Assembly: GCA_973895155.1 (NCBI GenBank)
Contig: OZ316894.1
Span: 20,528,451-20,592,450, forward strand
Direction: 5' to 3'
DNA: 64,000 bases
Source of the DNA: Marsupella aquatica
Taxonomy: Eukaryota > Plantae > Marchantiophyta
Translations under genes and position numbers: made by a program
Notes under the pieces: generated by a model
Told to the model about the DNA's origin: nothing
Seen by the model: only the letters and a program-made list of their open reading frames with translations
The model's database searches: none
Part shown: in pieces, positions 1 to 12,810 of the stretch
Layout: every line of letters starts with the position of its first letter
Numbering within the stretch: the first letter of the stretch is position 1

Positions 1-521
1 AAAGGAAGGGGTGAAGAGGATAGTTTTTTGGGGAGTTTTTATAAAGTGTGTGGAGAGAGGGCGGAGCATTGTTGGTCTGGAGGCGTGCGAATTGTACGCT
101 TGGTCGCACGTCCGGAGCTGGACGGCAGAGCTGTGCTTATGTCGAGCGGCAGTCGGGAGAGTTGACGCTCGATATGCGGGTCTTTCGCTGATGGTGTTGT
201 TGTTGTGGTTTTTGTTTGTGTTCAGTGCGGATCTCTTACGGTGATATCGATCGAGGGAAGCGAAAGAGGAGATCGCATCGGTGGGTTGAAGCTCTTGCTT
301 GTAGTGGTCGCGGTTGGTAGCTCTCTTCCCCTATGACAATCGCGTCTGCTGACGCCTTTGGAGGTTTCGTTTGCCATACCTTCCGGGAGTGCGACTTTAG
401 CGGAGTGTAGTAGATCTGAGTTCTTCTACCTGTGTGTTCGAGGGAGTGCTGTTTCTTTGGTTTACAGGTGGGAGCTGGAGGGAGGGAAAACAGGATCAGG
501 AGACGGCAGGTGTCGCTGAAA

Positions 522-2453
522 ATGGCGACGAGTATGGCTGCAAAGCGGCCGCTGTTGTTGTTCGGGGGAGTGCTGCTGCTCCTACTTTGCGCCGAAACTG
601 CCACTGCTTTCTATCTTCCCGGCGTAGCACCCCATGACTTCAATGAGGGTGATGAAGTGCAAGTGAAGGTCAACAAGATTACATCGACCAAGACACAGCT
701 TCCTTACGAGTACTACTCTCTGGATTACTGCTCACCCGACAAGATCGTAAATAGTGCGGAGAACTTGGGTGAGGTTCTGAGGGGGGATCGCATCGAGAAC
801 TCACCGTACAAGTTCCAGATGAGGAAGAACATGCACTGCCAGGTTGTCTGCAAGAAGACGTTCACGGAGGAGACTGTGAAGGCGTTCAAGGAGAAGATCG
901 ATGAGAACTATCGCGCTAACATGATCTTGGATAACCTCCCGGTGGCTGTGGCCCAGAGCGCCGTCGAAAACGAGGAAGGGTTCCCAAAGATCTACGACCG
1001 CGGCTTTCTTGTAGGAATTAAGGTGCCCTTCGAAGGCAGCACTGATCCGAAGTATTATATCAACAACCATTTGACCTTCAGTGTTTTGTATCACAAGGAT
1101 GCTGAATCGGACCTTGCTCGCATCGTGGGTTTCGAAGTGACGCCATTCAGTGTGAAGCATGATGGCAAGTCGGAAGATGGTGGCAAGATGGCCACATGCA
1201 TTCCCAACAATAAGCAGTACGCCAACGGAGGCCTTCCTCCTCAGGAAGTCGAGGTCGGCGAGATTGTCTTTTATACCTACGACGTAGAATTCAAAGAAAG
1301 TGACGTGAAGTGGGCTTCTCGATGGGATGCATACCTTTACATGTCTGATGACCAGATCCATTGGTTTTCGATCATCAACTCTCTCATGATCGTTCTGTTT
1401 TTGTCTGGTATGGTTGCCATGATCATGATGAGGACTCTTCATCGGGATATCACGAAGTACAATCAGCTCGAAACACAAGATGAGGCACAGGAAGAAACAG
1501 GTTGGAAGTTGGTGCACGGGGATGTTTTCAGGCCTCCACAGCGCGCTGGGTTGTTGACTGTGTACGTCGGAACCGGAGTGCAGTTTCTTGGGATGACTCT
1601 CGTCACCATGATGTTCGCCGTACTTGGATTCCTGTCTCCTGCCAACCGGGGTGGGTTGATGACGGCCATGTTACTCCTCTGGGTGTTCATGGGTCTGTTC
1701 GCGGGTTACGCATCGGCCAGACTCTACAAGGCGTTCCAAGGCACCGACTGGAAGTGGAACACATTGAAGACAGCATTCATGTTCCCTGGTTTTGTGTTCG
1801 TCATCTTCTTCTTCCTGAATGCCCTGATCTGGGAAGAAAAGTCCTCAGGAGCCGTGCCGTTCGGAACTATGCTTGCCCTCGTTTTCCTCTGGTTTGGCAT
1901 TTCAGTGCCTCTGGTTTTCATCGGAAGCTACTATGGATTTAAGAAGCCAGTGACTGAGAACCCTGTGAGAACCAACAAGATTCCGAGACAGATTCCGGAG
2001 CAGGCCTGGTACATGCGCCCAGTGTTTTCGATCCTCATCGGAGGCATTCTGCCATTCGGAGCAGTGTTCATCGAGCTTTTTTTCATCCTGACTTCGATCT
2101 GGCTGCATCAGTTTTACTACATCTTCGGGTTCTTGTTCATCGTATTTTTAATTCTCATTGTCACTTGTGCCGAGATAACTATTGTACTTTGCTACTTCCA
2201 GTTGTGCAGTGAGGATTATGATTGGTGGTGGAGAGCATACCTGACCTCTGGATCCTCGGCCCTCTATCTCTTCCTCTATGCCGCATTCTATTTCTTCAAC
2301 AAGCTCTCTATTAACAAGGTTGTGTCGGGAATATTGTACTTTGGGTACATGGTGATCATCTCCTACTCATTCTTTGTGCTGACGGGCACTCTAGGTTTCT
2401 ATGCCTGCTACTGGTTTGTGCGGACAATCTACGCATCGGTAAAGATTGACTAA
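522..2453 (+). CDS. Transmembrane 9 superfamily protein (EMP70/TMN7-10-like), intronless CDS
   Basis: ATG at 522 gives a signal peptide followed by the hallmark FYLPGVAP, ENLGEVLRGDRIENSPY, IHWFSIINS, ETGWKLVHGDVFR and PVRTNKIPRQIP motifs, nine hydrophobic segments and C-terminal KID (KxD/E Golgi-retention motif). A likely 5'UTR intron acceptor TTTACAG ends at 467. Confidence 0.96.
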   Translation: MATSMAAKRPLLLFGGVLLLLLCAETATAFYLPGVAPHDFNEGDEVQVKVNKITSTKTQLPYEYYSLDYCSPDKIVNSAENLGEVLRGDRIENSPYKFQMRKNMHCQVVCKKTFTEETVKAFKEKIDENYRANMILDNLPVAVAQSAVENEEGFPKIYDRGFLVGIKVPFEGSTDPKYYINNHLTFSVLYHKDAESDLARIVGFEVTPFSVKHDGKSEDGGKMATCIPNNKQYANGGLPPQEVEVGEIVFYTYDVEFKESDVKWASRWDAYLYMSDDQIHWFSIINSLMIVLFLSGMVAMIMMRTLHRDITKYNQLETQDEAQEETGWKLVHGDVFRPPQRAGLLTVYVGTGVQFLGMTLVTMMFAVLGFLSPANRGGLMTAMLLLWVFMGLFAGYASARLYKAFQGTDWKWNTLKTAFMFPGFVFVIFFFLNALIWEEKSSGAVPFGTMLALVFLWFGISVPLVFIGSYYGFKKPVTENPVRTNKIPRQIPEQAWYMRPVFSILIGGILPFGAVFIELFFILTSIWLHQFYYIFGFLFIVFLILIVTCAEITIVLCYFQLCSEDYDWWWRAYLTSGSSALYLFLYAAFYFFNKLSINKVVSGILYFGYMVIISYSFFVLTGTLGFYACYWFVRTIYASVKID

Positions 2454-4284
2454 GGGACTACCAGCAGCTACCCTCATCGGACCATTTTGAAGCAGGGCCG
2501 TTAAGATTTTTGGACGGCAGGGCTGGCGAAGGGACTTAATGGAGGGGATTTATGCGGGCTTCGATATGTAGGCATTTATTTAGAGGGAGGCGTAGATGGT
2601 GAGGAGCTCGAGTTCCCCAATCTATTTCCATTGTTGCAATGGAAGAGTTCAGTGAGCACAAATACAACATGATAGATGTGATGACTCATTCTCCAAGTCG
2701 TGAGCGAAAACCGTGGAACGCACTTATCTACATTCCAAGTGGAGCTATTGGATTTACAGGATAACAATTGTCGTTTCCTCACTCAAGTGGGTTTTTCTAC
2801 AGTCTCGGTTCTTGTGTACACTTTAGTCGTTTGTACCAGGAGTTGACTTGTAGGTTCAGCTGCGCTTCTCACTGTTTCATAAGTATCTCCGCGCACTGTA
2901 TTTCACGATTTGATTCGCGGTATCTTATAGTGTAGGAATCCAACTACTGGTGAGCTATATGCACTCGGAATCGTTGCACGCTTATAAATAATTTTCTAAC
3001 TTTGTCAACTCTGTTTTGTAAGATGTCCTTCTTCTTTGTCTCTTTTAATCAATTAACTGATAGTACAAGTTACTATCGCTACCAGCCTCGTTTGTGCTTT
3101 TTAGCATGGAAGATCATCTGGGTTTCATTGGACTGTTGGAGGTCATACTTCTGTCGTTAGTAGTCGATGATCTAGTCTAGGTCGCGGTTAAGTTGAAATG
3201 ACGGAAGATGTATATGAGATAATTTTTAGTTCAGGTATCTTTATTTGTCTCGCTTGTTTTCCTCAATCGTAGTAACAAGGCCACTACGTGCAGTCTCGTG
3301 TACTATGTATAGTGCTCACGATCACCATTCAAGTCTTGCGTGGTTCAGCTAGTTTATTGTTGAAGGTAATGTGCCGTCTACCAATGTATTCACTAGCTAC
3401 GCTCTAGATGTATATTTGCAGTTACAGGTCTCTTGAGGCATTGATTACATTTCATACTGTGGCGCTATCGTTGTTACCGGACAGGCTTGCGATCTAAGAC
3501 AAGGTAGGTATTTGAGCAATGCCTCGGATGCATTTAGTAATGTCATCAGGGTCTTCGAAACCAGGCACTCTTCCTGCTGGTAAGATTCTCCGTTTCATTT
3601 CGCCTGAACGGGCCAGACATTTGAATTGTTGGGCAAGAGTATATGTTGAACCTTGCTTCGTAAATAGTCACTCTTTAGGTTGGTACGGAGAATTCGTGTA
3701 GAACAGGTGCATTCAGGTTTGGATTTGAAACATGCGTCAATTCTCAAGGCTTTTGTTGATTTCTGTAGTCAAAGCGCTTATCTTTTTGTCTCTGGTTGTC
3801 ATATTTTCTCGCAACGAGTCTGTCTGGGGAATTTAACGTAGTGTCTACAAGAACAGTGATTGTCCTCTTTCTACGGACGTGACGAATGGAAGAGGGTAAT
3901 ATGAATATCATTTGTTTCAGCATTGCACTTTGTAGATGCTGTGCTTCACAACTCTTATCATCTAGAACTGCGAGAGAACAATGTGATTATTGTGGATCCT
4001 TAGTACAAGATGCCGTTTTTGCGATGGACCCTTTGATGGTTGTCCAACGACTGTTGGAATTCGCCTGGCCGGTCTTAACTGCTTGTTGGTGGCTTTTCCT
4101 GTCTTTCGTGCGGCGTTCAGATTGTAAGTGATTTTACTACAAGATATCTCAGCGTAAGATGGTAGTGTTCAGAAAATGTTGGAAGCTGTCTGTTTGGTCT
4201 CTGTTTGGTCGTAAGTGGTTGTAGGTCCCTAATTGTCCACGCGGCGGATTTTTAGAGCCAACTTGCATGTGGGCAGACCTTGGT

Positions 4285-4540
4285 TTTCGGGCCCTTAATT
4301 CAATGGATGACATTCAAATAGTGACTTGTATAGCGGAGAACCAAGGGCAAGGGCCCTTAATTTAATGGATGACTTTCGAACAGTGACTGATCACATGTAT
4401 AGTGGAGAACCAAGGGCAAGGGCCCTTAATTTAGTGAATGGACATTCAATAATGGATGACATGCAAACAGTGACTGATGACATATGTAGTGGAGAACCAA
4501 GTGACTGATGACATATATAATGGAGAACCAAGGGCAACCT
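4285..4540. repeat. Degenerate minisatellite (~60-80 bp units)
   Basis: Recurrent GGGCCCTTAATT..ATGGATGAC..AGTGACTGA..ATGTATAGTGGAGAACCAAGGGCAA units, about 3 fuller copies plus 2 partial ones. Confidence 0.8.
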
Positions 4541-5004
4541 AATGAAGGAAATAAGACAAGGGGCGCCACTAATGCTGGTGAAATCCAAATACGACAACTT
4601 GAGGAGGGCCCAATGGCACCAAGCGACAGCAAATCCGGGAAAACGCAGGGCCTCAACTCAGGGTGTCTCATGTGTAATTTTGCAAATTGGGAAGGACTCA
4701 GGGTCTGAAAGGAGAGGGCATCAATAGCTTTGTTCTTTGTTAACCTTGATAACCATAGATCGAGAGTGGGGCCCAAAAAATTACGCTAATCCAGACGGGT
4801 TTTGTTGCTAATGCTATTCTGAGGTGACGGAGAATTGTTCTGGTTTGTTACATCTTTACATTGCTGTGCTCCTGCCATCTCTGCTGCCATGGGTTTGGTA
4901 ACAACTGCAACCAACACTCATTGCTAAGAAATTCCCACCAGAGAGCAAGAGAAGGAGATGGAAACGAGCACATTGTGTTTGGTGGCCTTTGCCTCCCTTG
5001 TTGT

Positions 5005-5065
5005 TTCTATTGATTGCCTCCCTAGATGGTTCTATTGATTGCCTCCCTAGATGGTTCTATTGATT
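5005..5065. repeat. 25-bp tandem repeat
   Basis: TTCTATTGATTGCCTCCCTAGATGG x2 plus a partial third copy. Confidence 0.85.
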
Positions 5066-5715
5066 TTTGGTTTGGGGCCACATTATCCTCCAAACAGTGT
5101 TGCACATATTGAATTAAAGCTACCCTAATGTGACTGCATTCCCTATTCATTCATGATTAGCCATGGTAGCTTTAATTGAGACCTAACAATGGAAATTTTG
5201 GGCTACACATACTGTTATCAAGGCATGACCAATTAAGGCAAAGCAGTGTTGAACCAGGGATTTAGTGTGATCATGCAGTACTGAAGGTCTCCTGCCTATC
5301 TCAAGTGTTACATATATCACACTATCAAAGAAAAAAATTGCCAAAGGAGGAGACATGATCATAAATACAAAAGACCCAATAAAAGGAGAAAATAAGAAAT
5401 TCATTCAGTACTACCAGAGAACCAAATAACCCGGAGAGTCCCGAGCATCAGCAAAAGACCTTGGATCGTACTGAGCAACAATGAGCTGCAGACTGAAAAC
5501 CATGTAAAGCTCTTGAGTAATGAACTTAATTACAAGACACAAGTGAATAAATATATTTACATCAATTTCAAGATGTAAAGAAGAAATTGTATCTACAACG
5601 GTTAAAGCGATCCACACCAGACGTAACTGTACAATGTTGGCATGAATAATCTCTGAATTAGATACAAAAACTCCACGATAAACCCATACAATGGCAAAGA
5701 AGCCAATTCACCTCT

Positions 5716-8700
5716 CTACAAGGCTCCACGGCGCATGTTCCTCTGTTGCTGCTTTCGTTGTAGGACAGACGACGCGGTGTCAGCCATCATTTTATGGAAG
5801 TCGACGAGGTCCTGCAGCTCATGCTCCTCCATGTTAGTCATTAACTTCCTAGCCTCTGCTTCCTTCTGCTCGTTCAGTTGGATCTGCTGCTGGTACAGAG
5901 AAGAGTTCCTCACAGTGGCGCCCATTTGATTCAGGAATTTCACCTGAGTGGAATTGAGGGCTGTGTTGGACTGCAACAGGAAACACTTTCGGTCAGGTTA
6001 TGTCATTGAAAATGGGCACCACTCAATCAACACGGGATATCGTTTTGCTCCAACCTGTAGAATGAATGATTTCCCAAATCCAATCCAAAGAAATTAAAAA
6101 GACAAACGTAGGAATCCATCAACTTCTTACAGGCAAAGCGACTTCTACTATCGCCAGCTTGAAGTAAATTTCTCTCAGCATTTGATTCGCAGTACGTTTT
6201 GAAAACCTTTCTCACAATTACTTAGCATACTACTAAAGAAGAGTGAGATAAACAGATCAAAATTACCTTCAAAAACGTGGCACCAAGGGCTAGTTCTTGC
6301 TTATCTTTCAGGCTAGCAGTGGACAGGGAGTATCCCAGAGATGCTAGCGCCGTTGTACTGCCATGAGTACTCTTGCCCAGGTGCTCCTCCTCGTAGATGG
6401 TCTTGGCTAATGAGAAACTCCTTACCAACTTGCTTCTCTGTATCTCCATTGCCACTGCATCTAGTTTGATGCGAGCCTTTTCCTTTCCCGAAACTAGTAA
6501 CTTCTTCTGATATGCTATCACGGCCTTGACAAATTCCTGCAAGAAAAAGACCGTAGCTAAATTACTCTTCTCGGTAAGGAACTCAACGTCTGAAAATACA
6601 TTTTCACGAGCTCGTTTATGGAAGTATAGACTTCGGATATTCCATCTTTCTAGGGTCTCTAATGGTAGGCTTACCATCTGTGGCAGAGTATTCAGCTTGC
6701 AGGGTGTGGCAATATACTGAGCCAGTAAATCACTTACCAAAGCTCTATATCATTGATTAGTGTTCATCATGCTGATCCTGTGGTGCATTCAATCCTAGAC
6801 CGGGAATAGATGTAGCAGATACCTGATAGGCGCGAGGACACTCTGGATAATCAAAGATGCTCTCTTGAAGAGCAGCTCTCGCCGCAGCATCAACCGGCCT
6901 GACATCATCGGATGGAGTGTTATGTTCATGTTGCATACGCTCCGGATGAAACTGAAGGCCTACAATGAACTTTCCCTCCTCGGGGTTGTGTACATCAGGA
7001 TCGTAAAACGCCTCGATGAGACCGTCTGGTGCAAAGGCCATTGGTTCAAACCTTTCGGCCAACCTCTTCACTCCCTGTTGAAGATAACCCCCAAAAAATA
7101 AGCAAAGCCTTTTGGCATATGGCCCACGACGGCAATTCATACGTTTTCGCATCCATCAAGTCGGTTTCTACAACTAAATTGTTGGCAGCACTTTTGTCTA
7201 CCTGTCATATTAATTTCAGTGATATATTCGCTTCCCATCTTAGAACCTATGGCTGTATTAATTGCAGAGCTTCTGTTTGTTTCTACTTTACCATTCGAAT
7301 GGAACAATCAGGTTTGCTTACTTCCCTAAGAAATCTGTTAACGAGTTCCTTCTCAAGGCTCGTTTCCAGCAGCTGCACACTACTATTTAGGTCAAGTTTC
7401 CAATGTAACACTGGATTTTGCTTCGCACCTCAGAAATTTTGACATCTTAGCTGCCTTACTAGATGTTGGCTGTGACACTCAAAACTAAACAGAATGTCCC
7501 TTCAGATTCACACATTTACACCCTACTACAGACAACGTATTTATACACTTTCTGATTGAGTAAGGTTCGTCAGCTGCTAAGCTATCCGGACACCTCATAA
7601 CTCCTCGGTCATATTGCAGTTTCTGTAGTGAAGAGTTTACACGGACTCAACTGGTGCGACTGAATGTAGCTGGACGGAGCTGTTGCGTAAATGACATGGT
7701 GTTACCTGGTGATGGTAACTGTTGACAACAAGTTCAGAACCAGTGGAGCTCGCCTTCAAGGAATTCTCAAACCATTCGCTCAAGGGCGTTCCCTCCAGGA
7801 CCGTCACCGGATGCCGATGCCCATCGTAATTCTCATAGCATATGTGCTGTACGGCCACTTCCTTCCTGGATGACAATTCCGTCTCGACATCCTGCACAAG
7901 CGTATGTAAAACGCCTAAACTTACAGGTTTCAAAAAGCTGACTCCACAGGAAATAAGTTCGAGTTACCTATCGAACAGAGGATTGAAGGCCAGTCTAACC
8001 CTGGAGTGCCAATGATCGACACCATGATCATGGATTGACAATGATTCCAATAGTGGACTCAATTCCAAGTGCTCAAAGTTACGTTCGATTCTCTACTGGC
8101 GAGGGAATAGAAGATTTCCAAACGTATGACATTCTACGGGAGTAATACTTTGTGTACCTGGTAAAGAGATCCTCCGCCGGCGACGTTGAGGATTTGAGAG
8201 CCACGGCAGATACCGAGATACGGAATGTTGCGCTCCAAGCAGCGCCGCGCTAGCTGCAACTCAATGGAGTCTTTGTCTTTGTCGATGGTGGTGTCGCTGC
8301 TGTGCTCCGCTTTGATCTTGTTCACCTGCTCCGGTGTCAAGTGCGAGAAATCGCTCTCGTACAGCGCAGGGTCGATGTCTTCCCCCTCGCATAGTAGGAC
8401 CCCATGAATTGGCTCAAAGCTGTCCAGCAGCGAATGCAACCCGGAGACTCGCGGCACGATTACTGGAACCGCTCCGTACCTCACGATCAGATCTAGATGA
8501 TACTCGCCTGCGAATGCCACGACAGGATTTTGGTCAATTCATCCACAGTCATCGACGTTCTCTTCAGAGACAACACGTCTACATCTCAACTCCCAAGTCC
8601 ACACCAACCCGAAAATTTGCAGCTTCTGATTGAGTGAGATGATGATGTTTGACAGCCGACTGGGACGAGAATTGATGAGAGTAAGCTTTGAAGTCCAGTG

Positions 8701-9828
8701 AGATGAAAAGTGACAGGCAGACTCCGGACCATTCAATTGAATGTAAAGTCACATGAGACCAACTGTTAGACAGAACAGAGAGAAATTGAAATGAAATGGA
8801 GAATGACATTTTAGAGCTGGAGTATAAGGAGATTTTATATAAATTGTGGGACGATGTACAGATAAGGACATAGAAACTTGAAATGAGTCCGAGACGAGGA
8901 ATGGAAACCTTACAGAATAAAAGAAAAGAAAGTTAAAGTCAGCTAGAGATGGAAATTATCCGATACAGTAGGGAGAGACTTGGAAGTGAACTTACATGAA
9001 ATTTCACAAATATCCGAGAGAAAGAGAGAGAGACTTGAAATAAAATCAAACTGTCCCGAGAGCCAATGACCAATGGAAAACTAAAGTCTCAGACAACTAG
9101 ATCGACTTAGTCTCATAGTTCATGAAGGAAAAAGGAGCGTGGCATGGCGAAGAAAAGGGAGCTGCAGGCGTAATGAAATGGTAATTGTTGCTAATAGTTA
9201 TTCCTCTCGATTCACATGTGACAATTTTCTCACATCGACCTGACCGGGATACTAGAGAGGGTTGCCTGCGTTGAAAATAAATGAACTGGGGTGGTGAGAA
9301 ATGACGGATGGAGATTGCAGGCTCTCGCGAAGGTTTCTCAGGCTCACCAAAAGGAGAAAGAAGACATTCCGTTAATCAAATTACACACTTATTGCAGCGA
9401 AGATGTGGAGAACGACGAAGATATACATCCCATCAGGCAACCAGGAAAGAAAATAAATTCAGAAGTCAAAGAGTGAGCAAACAAGATACTTCACTTCCGT
9501 AAACGCGCCATCAGTAGAAACCAGGAGGTTGAAATCAGTTTAATTCTGTTGGTCTTAAGGTCCGCAGGGCCCCAATTAAAATCAGCATCTTGAGAGCGAG
9601 AGAAGAATTCTTACGAGTGTGTAGGGCTACTTACGTACCGACGAAATCGACGAACTTGTTCTTGCGGACAGTGCGACGAGAGACGACGAGCACATGCGGA
9701 AGCACTGAAGCAATCTCCAACCTGTCGTCGCTCACAGCTGCAGCGGGAGGATTGGTTCCTCTCCTCGCTACGTCCTCTCCACCTCCTCCTCCTCCTCCTC
9801 CTCCATAATTCTCCCCGCCATGCCCCAT
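5716..9828 (-). CDS. Class I glutamine amidotransferase-like / peptidase C26 (plant GAT1_2.1-like, PuuD-related), 6 exons
   Basis: Exons 9828-9639, 8507-8158, 7891-7706, 7074-6823, 6536-6267 and 5970-5716, all GT-AG, total 1503 nt (500 aa). Motifs [32 protein letters not shown], nucleophile elbow [19 protein letters not shown] and GLQFHPER (Cys-His-Glu triad intact). N-terminal poly-Gly comes from a (GGA)n microsatellite. Confidence 0.93.
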
Positions 9829-11152
9829 TGCTTTTCTCCTCCGAGATCTTCTATATTAATACGGAAGATTACCACTCGAAGACCGCTTGCCACTCGAGTT
9901 TTCACAATCCAGCACTGATTCTCCAGCCGAATCGATGCCTCTCGACAGCCCCCGCGAGCCGAAGCAGGTCTGCTGTACTTATGTTGAAGTCAATCTTGCC
10001 TGTCTTTCAAATTCTGCACGATTTCCACCCAATCCCCTACAATATCTCCTCGATTTCTTTCGAGAGCTCGCCCTATTGACCTCGCTCCGAAGTCAATTTT
10101 TTAACGCGGAATCACTGAGGACGGCAAGTTCTCCTGCATGAATTCCTCACTCCGGTCCAAAACACTCGTTCGAGAAGCTGATTGTCTCAATGCGCTCTCC
10201 TTCGGTATCAACCGACTCTCTTTTTGATTCTCTCGGATGATCCCTCTTCAATCGCTCGCGCTGAACTCTCCGTCGGCGCGCTCGACAATTCTGCTCCAGA
10301 AGTGAAGCTACTCGTCCGTCCTCATAAACACTGTTTTCATGTACGAATCTCACTTCTGTCAGATCTCTGCTCGATTCAATTGCTTACAAATTCAGCTGGG
10401 CCACCAATTCCGATCGAATGTCAGTCCACGTACTTACTGAACTTGGGATTTAACGACTCACTTCAACCTTTCGTCCTTTCGAGCTTCCGTCCTCTGGAAG
10501 CTCTCACTCGAATCACAGCTAGCCATCCAGCTGCGGCACATACAACGTATCTCGTTGGCTTTCCTACAGAAGTGGGTCCGCCTCTCGTGGACAACCAATC
10601 CACTCGATCATCGCTTCATAGCTCTAGCTTCCTCCCGCCATAGCTTATTATTAGATGTCGGGCACACATACGCGCAGGTTCATTCTTTTTGACTGACAAG
10701 ACACACGGTCCTTTCTGCCACAGGTACTCGAGTCAGCATATCCTCGTTCAGGGAACTGGGGTGGAAAATCTACGGCCCCTGTTGGATGGTATGGGAACAG
10801 GCGCAGCGTAGGCCGTCGATCTAAGACTCACTAACTCCGGTTCGGGAAGGACTTGACCGAAAGAAACCGGCGGGAGAGCTGTGCGCGTGTCTGACGTGCC
10901 GCCGCCCCCTTCGCGGACTTTGATGGGCCCGTCCACTTCGCGGCCATCAACATGGGCCAGGATCGACGACACAGGACGGATGAATTACTAGGATCGACGG
11001 TGTCTGTTGTAAGATGATATCGACGGGAAAGCGTCCCGGCTGACAGCCTGAAGTCCGGCAAGAAGTGACCCCGCCTAGTATGATCTGCAGCCAACCGCTC
11101 AAACCGTCGAGTGGACGGTGTCTGTTCGCCGCGTCCCATCGCGTGATCCGGC

Positions 11153-11251
11153 GGCCAAGTTCTAGTAACGAGCAATGACTATTGTAGAGTGACGCCATGC
11201 AGAGGCCAAGTTGTAGTAACGAGCAACGACTATTGTAGAGTGACGCCATGC
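11153..11251. repeat. 51-bp tandem duplication
   Basis: GGCCAAGTT(C/G)TAGTAACGAGCAA(T/C)GACTATTGTAGAGTGACGCCATGC present twice. Confidence 0.85.
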
Positions 11252-11849
11252 GGAACGGCACGTCATCTTTTCGGGAAACCTGAGTCCCAGAGAGCAATCC
11301 AGGTAAGGAAGTGTAAAAGTTATGCTCCCATGGTCCAAGCACGTGAAGCATGCAAATGTCATTATAGAAATTAACAGGGAGTATCAAAGCACACTTGTAT
11401 CTGAGTTAAGTTCAGCACATAAAACTCACTTACTACGAGTACAGAATCATTATGGGTTACTAAAACATTTACCCCATAAGGATGGTACATTCAAAAATAT
11501 AAAGCCTGTAACCAAAGTGCCGGTAACCACCAATTTTTTTGACACGCCCTAATGCCTCTACTCCTTCACTCATCTACACTCTCTTCATTTCCAAAAACTT
11601 TTCAAGAGCAAATAAGTAGTGCATATACAAATTGTTTATAGAAAAGGGCCAAACCGAGTACAAAAGAACAAACAAAAGAGGTCCCAAATGGACAAAACCA
11701 AATGCAAAGAAGTGAACAATAGGAAACCCCTAAAAACCAAGAAAAAAGAACTAAAACTATCGCAAATGGATTGAGGTCCTCATCATTCTTAGAAAATGTG
11801 ACAAAAAGCTAATGGTTCACATCAAGTGTTGAAACTAAGTTGACTAGTA

Positions 11850-12810
11850 GGATTGGAATGTCCTCTAGGGGGGCTAGCCGTTGCAGAGGCACACTAGCAC
11901 CCACTGTCACAGATCAACGATAGATGGCCCGAGCTTGAGCATACTGTAAGGTGACTGAAATGCGTTGGCAAAAGTGCCTGGTCAAAACAGATAGCGGGGG
12001 TCTGGTGGGACCCATCCGGCCATGAACATCCCGAGCCGCTTGTCGAAGAAGCCTGTTGAATTGATGATGGAGACGCCCAAATATCTCAATATCAAGGGGG
12101 AGGAAGCTATCAGATGAAGCTCCTGTAACTTATTTGACCTCTTTCGTTGTTGCCACTCGTGATGCTGCTGCCCCTGCCGTTGTTGCCGATGTCCCAATGA
12201 TGTCTTGGCACAATGGGTTTGCCACCACTACATCTGCCAAAGTACGTTGACCCTCGTGGACCATGGTAAGATCCACCCGTAACCGTTGTGATGGAGGACC
12301 AGGTAACTTGAGCACCACCTCCCGCTGCACGCAGGCCAAAGAGCTAAAGAGACCTGAGCAGTCGCATCTCTCACAGCATCATGAAAAATGGTTTCGCCTC
12401 CCAAATTGCGCCGAAGAAGATGGACACCTGTGGCAAGGCTTTCCACACGTGCAAGAAGTGGGTGGGGCAGCCCCATACAAAGACGCATGGCTATCGAGAA
12501 CTCCGCTGAAGACATCAGCAGATGAGGAATGATTGGATTGGCCTGAAGCCATCCTCCTGCAGGCGCCCTGCCCTCCAGAAGAAAGAATCTGAGCTCGGTC
12601 CGTGTCAGGTGCCTCGGTGAGGATGCTGGAGAGGGTGAAAGCGTGCATACGCCCAACAACGTCTGGCTGAAGACAGACGGGGTCCAAGGATTGAAACTCT
12701 TGAAATGAAGGTAACGCAGCTCGGACAGGATTTGGTAATGATGATCGTGCCGCTCGTAAATGAACCTGAAATGGGAGGGAACCCTCCTCTACGTCCATGA
12801 GAGACAAAAG
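11850..12810 (-). mobile_element. Decayed 3' part of a CRE/R2-group non-LTR retrotransposon (restriction-like endonuclease region)
   Basis: Frameshifted translation gives AGGWLQANP..EFSIAMRLCMGLP..HDAVRD..VQRE..RVDL..LADVVVANP..K..FLPLDIEIFGRL..QRISVTLQ, the typical C-terminal motif order of RLE-type (CRE-like) elements. Confidence 0.7.

Noticed and set aside
432-521. N-terminal extension of the TM9 ORF from the GTG at 432
   Set aside because: Non-ATG start that overlaps a probable intron acceptor; ATG 522 directly yields the signal peptide.
4285-4540. CRISPR-like or coding interpretation of the repeat (ORF 4326-4508)
   Set aside because: Whole units are repeated with no unique spacers; ordinary minisatellite.
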